Shown in pieces: positions 56,414 through 64,000 of a stretch of 64,000 nucleotides of DNA (its first letter is position 1; each line of letters starts with the position of its first letter). The DNA is from Tepidanaerobacteraceae bacterium (GTDB lineage: Bacteria > Bacillota > Thermosediminibacteria > Thermosediminibacterales > Tepidanaerobacteraceae). The stretch covers positions 4,622 to 68,621 of the forward strand of contig JBMNGH010000007.1 of the NCBI GenBank assembly GCA_050949725.1. The letters run 5' to 3'. The notes beneath the pieces are model-generated. The model was not told where the DNA came from. It did no database searches and saw nothing but the letters and a program-made list of their open reading frames with translations. Both the position numbers and the translations under genes were made by a program.

Positions 56414-56477
56414 AAGAACCCCACCCAACAACGCAATCAAAGATTGCTGTTGGGGCCCGGGAACCTTTTTGTTGCAC
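56414..56477 (+). repeat. dispersed hairpin repeat, copy 7 (second unit of the dimer)
   Basis: It is identical to copy 6 over the first 54 nt and then ends TTTTTGTTGCAC. Confidence 0.9.
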
Positions 56478-56526
56478 AATAAAAAAGCCCTGAATTCCGA
56501 TATCAGAGCTTTTTGTGAAAACAAAA

Positions 56527-57804
56527 TTACTTCTTGTTGCGTCTTGTGCGGTTGTATATTATAAGAATGATTATACATAAAAAAGCGATGACTGCTGCAA
56601 CCGGAAGAATGATACCTGTCAGATGGGCCACCCATGCCAGCGCGTTTGTCAATACATTCAGGGCTGTGATAAACCCCTCCCTGATTTTCCCCAACACTTC
56701 ATTGAATGATATTCCTGTAACCGTCTCCTTGGACGGCCGTTGTTCGATCAAGTTTATATTTATAGATGACAAACGTATCATCTTATCCCATGCCCTTAAT
56801 TGTCCTGTTAGCTGATCTTGTTCAGTTCTCACCCTGTTCAATTCATTCTCTATCCTCAGCAGTTCATCAACATTGTTTGCCATATTTAATAGCTCAAGAA
56901 GCCTCTCTTCTTGGCGTTTCAGGTTCCTAACCTTTGCATCGGTATCGTAATAGCTGTCAGTTATCTCCTGGCCGCTGATGTTTTCGCTTTGGCATTTCCC
57001 AAAAGACCTGATTTCTTCAACCGCATCCATCAGCTTATCTTCGGGGACACGTATGGTTATATTTGCTTGGCGGGATATTATTCCTGAGTCATAAGAAGTT
57101 ACATTGCTGTTTTCCACATACCCCCCATACCTTTGTGCAAGCTCGATCGATGATTCCAATTTTTGTTCAAAATGTTCTACGTAAACGGTTATACCTGCGC
57201 TTTTAATTATCTTGCGCTCTCTAACACTCTCTTCTTCTAAAGGGGTAGAGCTCATAAGTGACGGTTGTTCTAGGGCCTGTTCTTGTGGGGCACTTTTCAT
57301 CAAGTATTTACGTGATTCATTATCTATTCCTTCATCCGATTCCACAAAGAAGCTGTCTTCTTCTGCCATTTCACTCTGTTGTATCCCTATTTCACCGCTT
57401 CCGCTCATAGATAAATTGTCAAATGTAGGTTGGGTCAAAATTTTGATTCCAATAATTCCTACCAGAATCACCGCTATACCTGCCGCTATACGCCTCTTGT
57501 TTTGGACAAAACCTGAAAATACAGTTAATGCTTTTTTTAGACCTGAAAAGTTGAACGAAGTTCTATCAGTACTCTGTTTACTGCTAACACGAACCAGTTT
57601 GTCATGAAGGGTAGACATATAATCGTGCGGTAGTTCTACTTGTTCAACTGAGTTTAAGGTTTTCACGATTTGTTCCATAGCCTTTAGTTCTTCTCTACAT
57701 TCAGCACAGTTGCGTATATGCTCATTAAGAATTTCTCTTTCTTCAAGTGTAATGGTTCCTTCTATATACTTGTTTATAAGTTCTTCAAAGCGTTCAAATG
57801 CCAT
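56527..57804 (-). CDS. anti-sigma factor (N-terminal zf-HC2, one TM span, extracytoplasmic DUF4349-like domain)
   Basis: The N-terminus has HIRNCAECREEL (H-x3-C-x2-C). The mid TM span is RRIAAGIAVILVGIIGI. The C-terminal coiled-coil-rich domain ends in a second hydrophobic segment. The gene lies directly downstream of the ECF sigma gene. Confidence 0.75.
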   Translation of the reverse strand: MAFERFEELINKYIEGTITLEEREILNEHIRNCAECREELKAMEQIVKTLNSVEQVELPHDYMSTLHDKLVRVSSKQSTDRTSFNFSGLKKALTVFSGFVQNKRRIAAGIAVILVGIIGIKILTQPTFDNLSMSGSGEIGIQQSEMAEEDSFFVESDEGIDNESRKYLMKSAPQEQALEQPSLMSSTPLEEESVRERKIIKSAGITVYVEHFEQKLESSIELAQRYGGYVENSNVTSYDSGIISRQANITIRVPEDKLMDAVEEIRSFGKCQSENISGQEITDSYYDTDAKVRNLKRQEERLLELLNMANNVDELLRIENELNRVRTEQDQLTGQLRAWDKMIRLSSININLIEQRPSKETVTGISFNEVLGKIREGFITALNVLTNALAWVAHLTGIILPVAAVIAFLCIIILIIYNRTRRNKK

Positions 57805-57827
57805 ACCCTTCCCCCCTTTCGTCCCAT

Positions 57828-58397
57828 TTAGACGTCATTTTTAAATAAAAGTTCCAGGTCCAAAGATTTACGCAAATTTCTTCGTCCCCTGTTTATTCTG
57901 GACTTTACAGTTCCTAACGAGCAATTTAAAATTTCACTTATTTCAAGATAGCTAAAGCCCTGTATATCCCTTAATATTATGCATGCCTTCTGGTCTTCTG
58001 GTAATGAATTAATAGCTTCTAAAATGGCTGTTCTCATCTCTTTTCTCTCAACAGATTGTTCAGGTGTAGTAGGGTGGACCCCAGGCTTTGTATTAGGGAC
58101 TTTAAGCTCTTCTATAAGGGGAACTTCTTCTCCCCTTTTTTTTCGACAATAATCAATACACGTGTTTACTGCTATGCGGTAAATCCATGTGGAGATAGAG
58201 GAGTTTTCCTTAAAATTCCTTAAAGATAAATATATTTTAAGGAAAATTTCTTGTGAAATATCCCTTGCGTCTTCAATATTATTAAAAAACCTATAAGCTG
58301 TATTGAACACTTTTTTCTCATATCCTGAAATAAGCTGTTCAAACGCTGTGATGTCGCCGCACTTAGCCTGGCGGACAAGGTCTTTTTCTGCAACCAA
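57828..58397 (-). CDS. ECF (group IV) sigma-70 factor
   Basis: It has region 2 (FNTAYRFFNNIEDARDISQEIFLKIY...WIYRIAVN) and region 4 (LRDIQGFSYLEISEILNCSLGTVKSRINRGR). Confidence 0.9.
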   Translation of the reverse strand: MVAEKDLVRQAKCGDITAFEQLISGYEKKVFNTAYRFFNNIEDARDISQEIFLKIYLSLRNFKENSSISTWIYRIAVNTCIDYCRKKRGEEVPLIEELKVPNTKPGVHPTTPEQSVERKEMRTAILEAINSLPEDQKACIILRDIQGFSYLEISEILNCSLGTVKSRINRGRRNLRKSLDLELLFKNDV

Positions 58398-58683
58398 ACC
58401 TGTCCCCCTCCCTCCATAAGAATTCCTTTACAGTATTCTATGCTGAGCGCACGAATTCCTCCAACTAGTAAAAACAATAAATGGTGTCGGTATTTTTCAC
58501 TACATCTTTGTATTCGTTAAACAACCTTTTTATGTTTTATTATCACTGTTAAACGATTGACAATAATTGAAATATCATGCACAATAATATTATAAGGATA
58601 GAATTACTTTTCGAAATATTCGTCGATTTTTTTTTGGAAAGATTTAAGGAACAGATGGCTCTTCTGGAAAGGATGAGTTATAA

Positions 58684-60177
58684 TTGAATGTGCTATTTGA
58701 CAAATTAAAAGAGGTATTATATTCTGTTGTACCGATTACAATAATAGTGCTGGTGTTAAACTTTACTTTAACCCCACTTGATATGACATCAATCTTAAGG
58801 TTTGTCATAGGAGCAGTTCTCATAATTGTGGGTCTATCTATATTTTTATTCGGGGTAGACCTTGGAATTGCCCCTATAGGGAATTTATTAGGTTCAACAA
58901 TTGCTAAGTCAAATAAAATATTGATAGTAGCTGTTGCCGGATTGGTCCTCGGCTTTTTTATTTCCGTTGCCGAGCCTGATCTGCATATCCTCGCAGGTCA
59001 AGTAGATTTGGTTACATCAGGTCTGATAACTAAAATCAGTATTGTTGTAGTCGTATCCATTGGAATTGGGGTTATGTTTTCGTTCGGGTTGGGCAGAATT
59101 GTTTACAACATCCCGATGTATAAGGTATTCACACTCGTCTACTTTATCGTCTTTATTCTGGCACTGTTTACATCTCCTGAATTTTTAGCCATTTCTTTCG
59201 ATGCTTGCGGCGCAACTACCGGTGCAATGACGGTTCCATTCATTCTGGCTGTGGCATTAGGTATATCGTCATTAAAAAAGGATAGCCTTGCTTCAGAAGG
59301 AGACAGTTTTGGATTAGTTGGCATAACGTCTACAGGTGCAATATTATCTGTCATGATCATGAGCATCATTTCAAAAACCGATAAAATAACAGGAAGCATT
59401 GGATACAACGAAGCGATTTCTGTTTCGATAATAAGCCCTTTTATTAAAAACATTCCGATAGTAGCCTGGGAAGTTTTTATGGCACTGCTCCCTATATTAT
59501 TAATTCTGGTTGTGTTTCAGAAAATTTCATTCAAGATGTCCAAAAAGTCCTTCAGAAGGACGGTAATAGGGCTTATATTTACATTTGTGGGTTTAGTCTT
59601 TTTTTTAGTAGGGGTCAATGCGGGTTTCATGGATGTTGGTAGCACTGTGGGTTACAAATTAGCCTCCTTGGGAAATAAAACATACGTTGTTTTAATTGGA
59701 TTTATATTGGGATTAGTGACAATTTTAGCCGAACCTGCGGTTTATGTATTGACACATCAAATAGAAGATGTCACAAGCGGATATGTAAAAAGAAAAGCCG
59801 TAATGGTATCACTTTCAATCGGCGTTGGCTTTGCTGTTGCCTTATCCATGTTGAGGATAATCGTTCCTCAAATCCAGCTGTGGCATTATTTATTACCATG
59901 TTATATAATTGCCATATCCTTAATGTATTTTGTGCCAGAGCTTTTTGTTGGAATTGCATTCGATTCGGGCGGTGTAGCTTCAGGCCCGATGACTGCAACA
60001 TTCATATTGGCTTTTGCACAAGGTGCTGCCGAAGCGATAGAGGGAGCAAATGTATTAATAGATGGTTTTGGTGTAATAGCAATGGTTGCCACAACCCCTT
60101 TAATAGCTTTACAGTTGTTAGGTTTTATTTTTAAAATAAAATCTAATAAAAGGAGGATTATGAAGAATGATGGATAA
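58684..60177 (+). CDS. DUF1538-family membrane protein (two fused DUF1538 repeats)
   Basis: 497 aa with about 12 TM spans and an internal duplication. GATTGAMTVPFILAL appears in the first half and GVASGPMTATFILAF in the second, which fits my memory of DUF1538. Confidence 0.75.
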   Translation: MNVLFDKLKEVLYSVVPITIIVLVLNFTLTPLDMTSILRFVIGAVLIIVGLSIFLFGVDLGIAPIGNLLGSTIAKSNKILIVAVAGLVLGFFISVAEPDLHILAGQVDLVTSGLITKISIVVVVSIGIGVMFSFGLGRIVYNIPMYKVFTLVYFIVFILALFTSPEFLAISFDACGATTGAMTVPFILAVALGISSLKKDSLASEGDSFGLVGITSTGAILSVMIMSIISKTDKITGSIGYNEAISVSIISPFIKNIPIVAWEVFMALLPILLILVVFQKISFKMSKKSFRRTVIGLIFTFVGLVFFLVGVNAGFMDVGSTVGYKLASLGNKTYVVLIGFILGLVTILAEPAVYVLTHQIEDVTSGYVKRKAVMVSLSIGVGFAVALSMLRIIVPQIQLWHYLLPCYIIAISLMYFVPELFVGIAFDSGGVASGPMTATFILAFAQGAAEAIEGANVLIDGFGVIAMVATTPLIALQLLGFIFKIKSNKRRIMKNDG

Positions 60178-60835
60178 CTCGCTAAATGCAGACTTTGAAT
60201 TGATTTGCGTGATAGTAAATTTCGGAGTAGGCAGCAAAATAATGCATACAGCCAAGCAGTGCGGCATTTCAGGAGGAACTATATTGCTCGGAAAAGGAAC
60301 AGTAAATAACCGGATTTTGGATTTCTTTGGCATTACAGATATCAGAAAAGAAATAGTACTGATGGTTGCCGATAAAAAAACAGCGACTAAAACGGTAACT
60401 AAACTCGATAAGGATTTTAAATTTGAAAAACCTAATCACGGTATAGCATTTACTACATTTGTTTGTGATGTGATAGGCGCAAGTTGCTGCAAAAACGACA
60501 ATCTAAAAGAGGGAAGAGGTGTGGATAACACGATGTATCAGGCGATAATAACAATAGTGGATAAAGGAAAAGCGGAGTACGTTATTAATGCTGCCAATGC
60601 AGCGGGCTCTAAAGGTGGTACAATAATCAATGGGAGGGGCTCGGGCATTCATGAAACAGCCAAGCTGTTTTCAATGGAGATTGAGCCCGAGAAAGAAATA
60701 GTTCTAATCCTATCCAAGCGCGAAAGAACCGAGTCAATCATAAATTCGATAAGAGAACAGTTGAAAATAGACGACCCTGGAAAAGGTATAATCTTCATTC
60801 AAGATGTAAACAAAACATACGGTCTATATGAGTAA
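60167..60835 (+). CDS. tandem P-II-like signal-transduction protein
   Basis: 222 aa. It has two roughly 100-aa halves, each with a PII-like beta-alpha-beta pattern (ELICVIVNFGVGSKIMHTAKQCGISGGTILLGKG and QAIITIVDKGKAEYVINAANAAGSKGGTIINGRG). It overlaps the DUF1538 gene by 11 nt. Confidence 0.7.
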   Translation: MMDNSLNADFELICVIVNFGVGSKIMHTAKQCGISGGTILLGKGTVNNRILDFFGITDIRKEIVLMVADKKTATKTVTKLDKDFKFEKPNHGIAFTTFVCDVIGASCCKNDNLKEGRGVDNTMYQAIITIVDKGKAEYVINAANAAGSKGGTIINGRGSGIHETAKLFSMEIEPEKEIVLILSKRERTESIINSIREQLKIDDPGKGIIFIQDVNKTYGLYE

Positions 60836-60847
60836 TAAAAGAGGCAT

Positions 60848-62088
60848 TTATTTTACTTTTAAATTCCTGAAGCGGTTTAAAACAGCTGCTACCTCGTACT
60901 TTCGAGGAAGAGCCATGTTACCTGGATGCCCTCTGAACGGAGATACAGCGTCCAGCCCATTTTTACTGACATAGCTAAAAATCTTCTCTGCTGCCTGCGG
61001 CAGGGTTATTTTTTCATCAACGATATACTTCTGTATGAACTCGAGCATAAAACAAATGGTATTAGTTTGATTTGAATCAATCAACTGTTCCAAATCGCGA
61101 AGATCTATCTCGGTTTTATCGTATGTTATTTTGTCCTTTCCTCGGGGTTTTATCTTCACTCTCTGCCGGTTTTTTGAAAAAGTGGATTTCAATATTATTC
61201 TCTGTGGGCTTTATTTTCACGAGTTACAACAAATTCCCTTCCATCCCCGTAGATATGGTCATAGACCCCTAATTGCAATGCTTGAAGCAAAGTGGATTTT
61301 CCGTGAAAACCCCCTCCCACAATAAGGGTAACCCCTTCAGGAATGCCCATCCCTTTAATCTTTCCATGATTTGGCAGGTTTATCTCAACTTCATATTCTT
61401 TTGGACTTATAAAAGGTACAGCACCCATTTTCATTGGCCTCTGAGATATACCGCTTTCTCGTGGGAGAATACTACCATTTGCAATAAAAGCCACCAGGCG
61501 GCGGTCTATAATTTCCTCACGCAAAAAGTGCTGATCTTCGACTAATGCAACCTGTCTGATCAATTTATCTTTTGGAATAGCATCAAAAAAAAGAGATGCC
61601 TCGACGATTTTGGGGATTGTATCAAGTAATATTACCTTGGCGTTGCGGCTTAGAATGCGCCTACCGGCAGCCGGAAGACCCACCTCTAGCCTCGCTTCAA
61701 TCAAATTACGGTTAATCACAATAAAGTTTCTCTCCAAAATCTCTTGGCCGCAATGTCCTATCGAGAGCAAACCGCTCTTTCCTGTTCCACTTACATGGTT
61801 GTAAATACTGTATATTGTTTTTGCAACATGCCTGCTTAAAAAATCCACAACAGCCCTGCGTTTATATGCGGTGTCATATAATTCATGCGGGAATCCGGCC
61901 TCTTTTCCGGGAACCGTAACCCGAATCCTTGACGGGGAAGCAAATGGATCCCCTTGTACATAGTCGATTGATAATGTAAAAGTGTTGAACTTATACTGCC
62001 CTTCCAATTCCTTGTAAGCCTTGTAACCTCTTCCGTCTATATCATCCAGGATTTTTTCAAGATCTTTATATGATTTCAACTTATTCAC
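60848..62088 (-). pseudogene. ABC-class ATPase (PF09818-like) gene disrupted by an internal out-of-frame deletion
   Basis: The 297-aa N-terminal ORF carries the family N-domain and Walker A (VGGGFHGKSTLLQAL) and stops 27 aa later. A 114-aa ORF starts 2 nt further on in another frame and matches only the family C-terminus (RGKDKITYDKTEIDL...ALPRKYEVAAVLNRFRNLKV). The roughly 150 aa that normally lie between them, including Walker B, are absent. Confidence 0.6.
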
Positions 62089-62166
62089 TCTTTCCTTACT
62101 AGTATTAAAATAATTATCTATACAGTGATAAATCCATGTATTAAGCTTATTATGTTTAATTATATC

Positions 62167-62183
62167 TTTTTTTTTTTTTTTTT
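62167..62183. repeat. T17 homopolymer
   Basis: Direct count gives 17 consecutive T at 62167-62183. The tract lies 78 nt upstream of the disrupted ATPase gene start, where it reads as A17 on that gene's strand. Confidence 0.95.
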
Positions 62184-62315
62184 AATAAAGCAAAAACTAT
62201 TTGCCCTATTCGGGATGCAGTTGATTTCATCTCTTTTAAAAATGAAAATTCGAGAATAATTGGCATAAAAAAACTCTCAAATCCGAATCGCCGTATTTAA
62301 GAGTTGGTTATTTTC

Positions 62316-62402
62316 TGGTGCCGGTGGTGGGAGTCGAACCCACACGTCCTTGCGGACAACGGATTTTGAGTCCGTCTCGTCTGCCAATTCCAACACACCG
62401 GC
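62316..62402 (-). tRNA. tRNA-Leu (anticodon CAA), CCA encoded
   Basis: The minus strand reads GCCGGUG-UG-UUG-GAAUUGGCAGA-CGA-G-ACGGA-CUCAAAA-UCCGU-long variable arm-GUGGG-UUCGACU-CCCAC-CACCGGC-ACCA. Confidence 0.95.
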
Positions 62403-62627
62403 TCAATAATAAGTTTCTCTAAAAATCAAATTATGGACAATCAAAAATACATATCAATAATAACTAAAAAATCGGTTGACATGGTGTGTCTATATATTAG
62501 CATATACTTTTAAATAGTTCAAGTAGAATGATTAAAGGTTTTCTAGTACGAAATGATTAAATTAAGAATTAAAATTTGTAAAAGATAAAAAATATATATA
62601 AACAACTAAAAACCTCGGAGGGCAAAT

Positions 62628-63557
62628 ATGCTAAAAAAGGTTACAACTATTATCACACTGCTCATCTTTCTATTTTCTTATTCAACAAATCTCTACGCGG
62701 TCCCTAAGTGCACATGCAGTCAAGACAGGGTTTTGAAACTACAAACACCACCTCTTTATGGTGAGGATATTAAGGAAATTCAAATACAATTAAATAGAAT
62801 GGGCTACTATACACATGATATAAACGGCATCTATGATAAAACCACAGCAGAGGCAGCAAAACAATTCCAGAGGTCGTATAACCTCGTAGCAGACGGCATT
62901 TTTGGTATCAAGTCAATGACAATGCTTGCTGAAATATTCGAAAGCCCGGCATATAATCCAAACACCGAAGACCCTGAGGGTGAGATTTATATAATTATCA
63001 ATTCACTTGAAAGAAGACTCACTGTCATGTCTGACGGAAAACCGTTCAAATCATTTCCGGTCGCTGTAGGCACATTCGAAACACCAACACCTATAGGGGC
63101 ATTTAAAATAATACAAAAATCTTCTTGGGGCGAAGGGTTCGGTGCACGTTGGATGAGATTAAACGTGCCCTGGGGTATTTACGGAATCCACGGGACAAAC
63201 AAGCCTTGGTCTATAGGGGGATTTGAATCTCATGGCTGCATAAGGATGCATAATAACCACGTAAAGCAGGTATATAATTGGATTGATGTCGGCACCAAGG
63301 TATATATTGTCGGCGGTGTGGACGGCCCGTTCACTTTTGGGCTAAGGCCTCTTTCTACGGGCTCCAAAGGTTCTGACGTTGTAGAAGTTCAAAAGCGCCT
63401 AGCTGGTTTTGGCTTGTACAACGGAAATTTTGACGGCATATACGGTTCTGGAACAGCTCAAGCTGTTAGGAAATTCCAGAAGGATAACGGGTTAAAAATA
63501 ACCGGAAGTGTCAATATGGCAACTTATGAAAAACTCGGTATACAGTTGTTTGAGTAG
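62628..63557 (+). CDS. L,D-transpeptidase (YkuD domain) with two peptidoglycan-binding domains
   Basis: After a signal peptide come PG_binding_1 repeats at both ends (GEDIKEIQIQLNRMGYY and GSDVVEVQKRLAGFGLY). The central YkuD active site is HGTN...SHGCIRM. Confidence 0.9.
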   Translation: MLKKVTTIITLLIFLFSYSTNLYAVPKCTCSQDRVLKLQTPPLYGEDIKEIQIQLNRMGYYTHDINGIYDKTTAEAAKQFQRSYNLVADGIFGIKSMTMLAEIFESPAYNPNTEDPEGEIYIIINSLERRLTVMSDGKPFKSFPVAVGTFETPTPIGAFKIIQKSSWGEGFGARWMRLNVPWGIYGIHGTNKPWSIGGFESHGCIRMHNNHVKQVYNWIDVGTKVYIVGGVDGPFTFGLRPLSTGSKGSDVVEVQKRLAGFGLYNGNFDGIYGSGTAQAVRKFQKDNGLKITGSVNMATYEKLGIQLFE

Positions 63558-64000
63558 GATTTTTGGCAAAACATATTTTCATATTCTAACAACCGTAATA
63601 AATCCACCGGCTTTTTTATAATAGCTCTCGCACCGGATTCCATTAGTTCAGCTTCGTCTCTAAAGCCCCATAAGACACCTACGGCGCACATGCCAGCCGC
63701 ATTTGAGGTTCTCATATCAACATTTGTATCTCCGACAAACAAGAAATTTTCCGGCTTTATGCCTATTTTTTTTGCTATCTCAAACGCCCCACATGGGTGC
63801 GGTTTTTTAGGTATTCCATCTCGTTGACCCAACACAGGAGCAAATTCCCAATCTGGTAACAAGCTTCTGACAACTAACCTTGTCAATTTGTCAGGCTTGT
63901 TTGAAAGAATAGCCATCTTGATTCTTCTTTTTGTAAGTTCATCAAGAAGTTCTGCTATTCCATCATAAGGTTTGGTCTTATATGTCATTCGATTGCTGTA
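63524..64000 (-). CDS. HAD-superfamily phosphatase (phosphoglycolate phosphatase-like), partial; the N-terminus lies beyond the window end
   Basis: It carries HAD motif II/III parts (ILSNK and VGDTNVDMRTSNAAG). The frame stays open upstream of the track Met through base 64000, and the DxD motif is missing from the window. Confidence 0.8.
   Translation of the reverse strand, partial: YSNRMTYKTKPYDGIAELLDELTKRRIKMAILSNKPDKLTRLVVRSLLPDWEFAPVLGQRDGIPKKPHPCGAFEIAKKIGIKPENFLFVGDTNVDMRTSNAAGMCAVGVLWGFRDEAELMESGARAIIKKPVDLLRLLEYENMFCQKSYSNNCIPSFS

Overview
This window is a 64-kb chromosomal segment that looks like a low-GC, spore-forming Firmicute of the Clostridia type. That assignment is an inference from an alpha/beta SASP gene, CotF-like genes, a sporulation-type polysaccharide deacetylase, a T-box leader and strong GGAGG-type ribosome-binding sites. 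I support about 58 protein genes, two solitary tRNA-Leu genes and one Gly T-box leader. I see no rRNA, CRISPR array, transposase, integrase or phage genes.

The housekeeping backbone includes glyQS, uvrC, ald, thiI plus a cysteine desulfurase, queG, ndk, coaE, polA, thiamine diphosphokinase, a phosphohexomutase, NAD salvage genes, an OmpR/HK pair and an ECF sigma/anti-sigma pair.

The parts worth a second look are:
1. A roughly 60-nt hairpin repeat present in seven copies at five intergenic sites. All copies are on one strand, and the stem shows compensatory substitutions.
2. A HutP-family gene with no hut genes nearby. It is followed by a consensus promoter, three TAG triplets in strict 8-nt register, a terminator-like hairpin and then an ABC importer.
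3. Three related accessory catabolic loci built from paralogous PucR regulators, NCS1 permeases, M29/NicX-like proteins and M20 dipeptidases, plus a DUF917 protein, a hydantoin-type racemase and a C-N hydrolase.
4. A decayed duplication scar of one of these loci, consisting of a SASP pseudogene and a 125-bp copy of a gene junction.
5. A rod-shaped, 6S-like RNA candidate behind tRNA-Leu(GAG).
6. An internally deleted ABC-class ATPase gene beside a T17 homopolymer.

All functional calls come from reading the translated ORFs and the DNA by eye. No database search was run.
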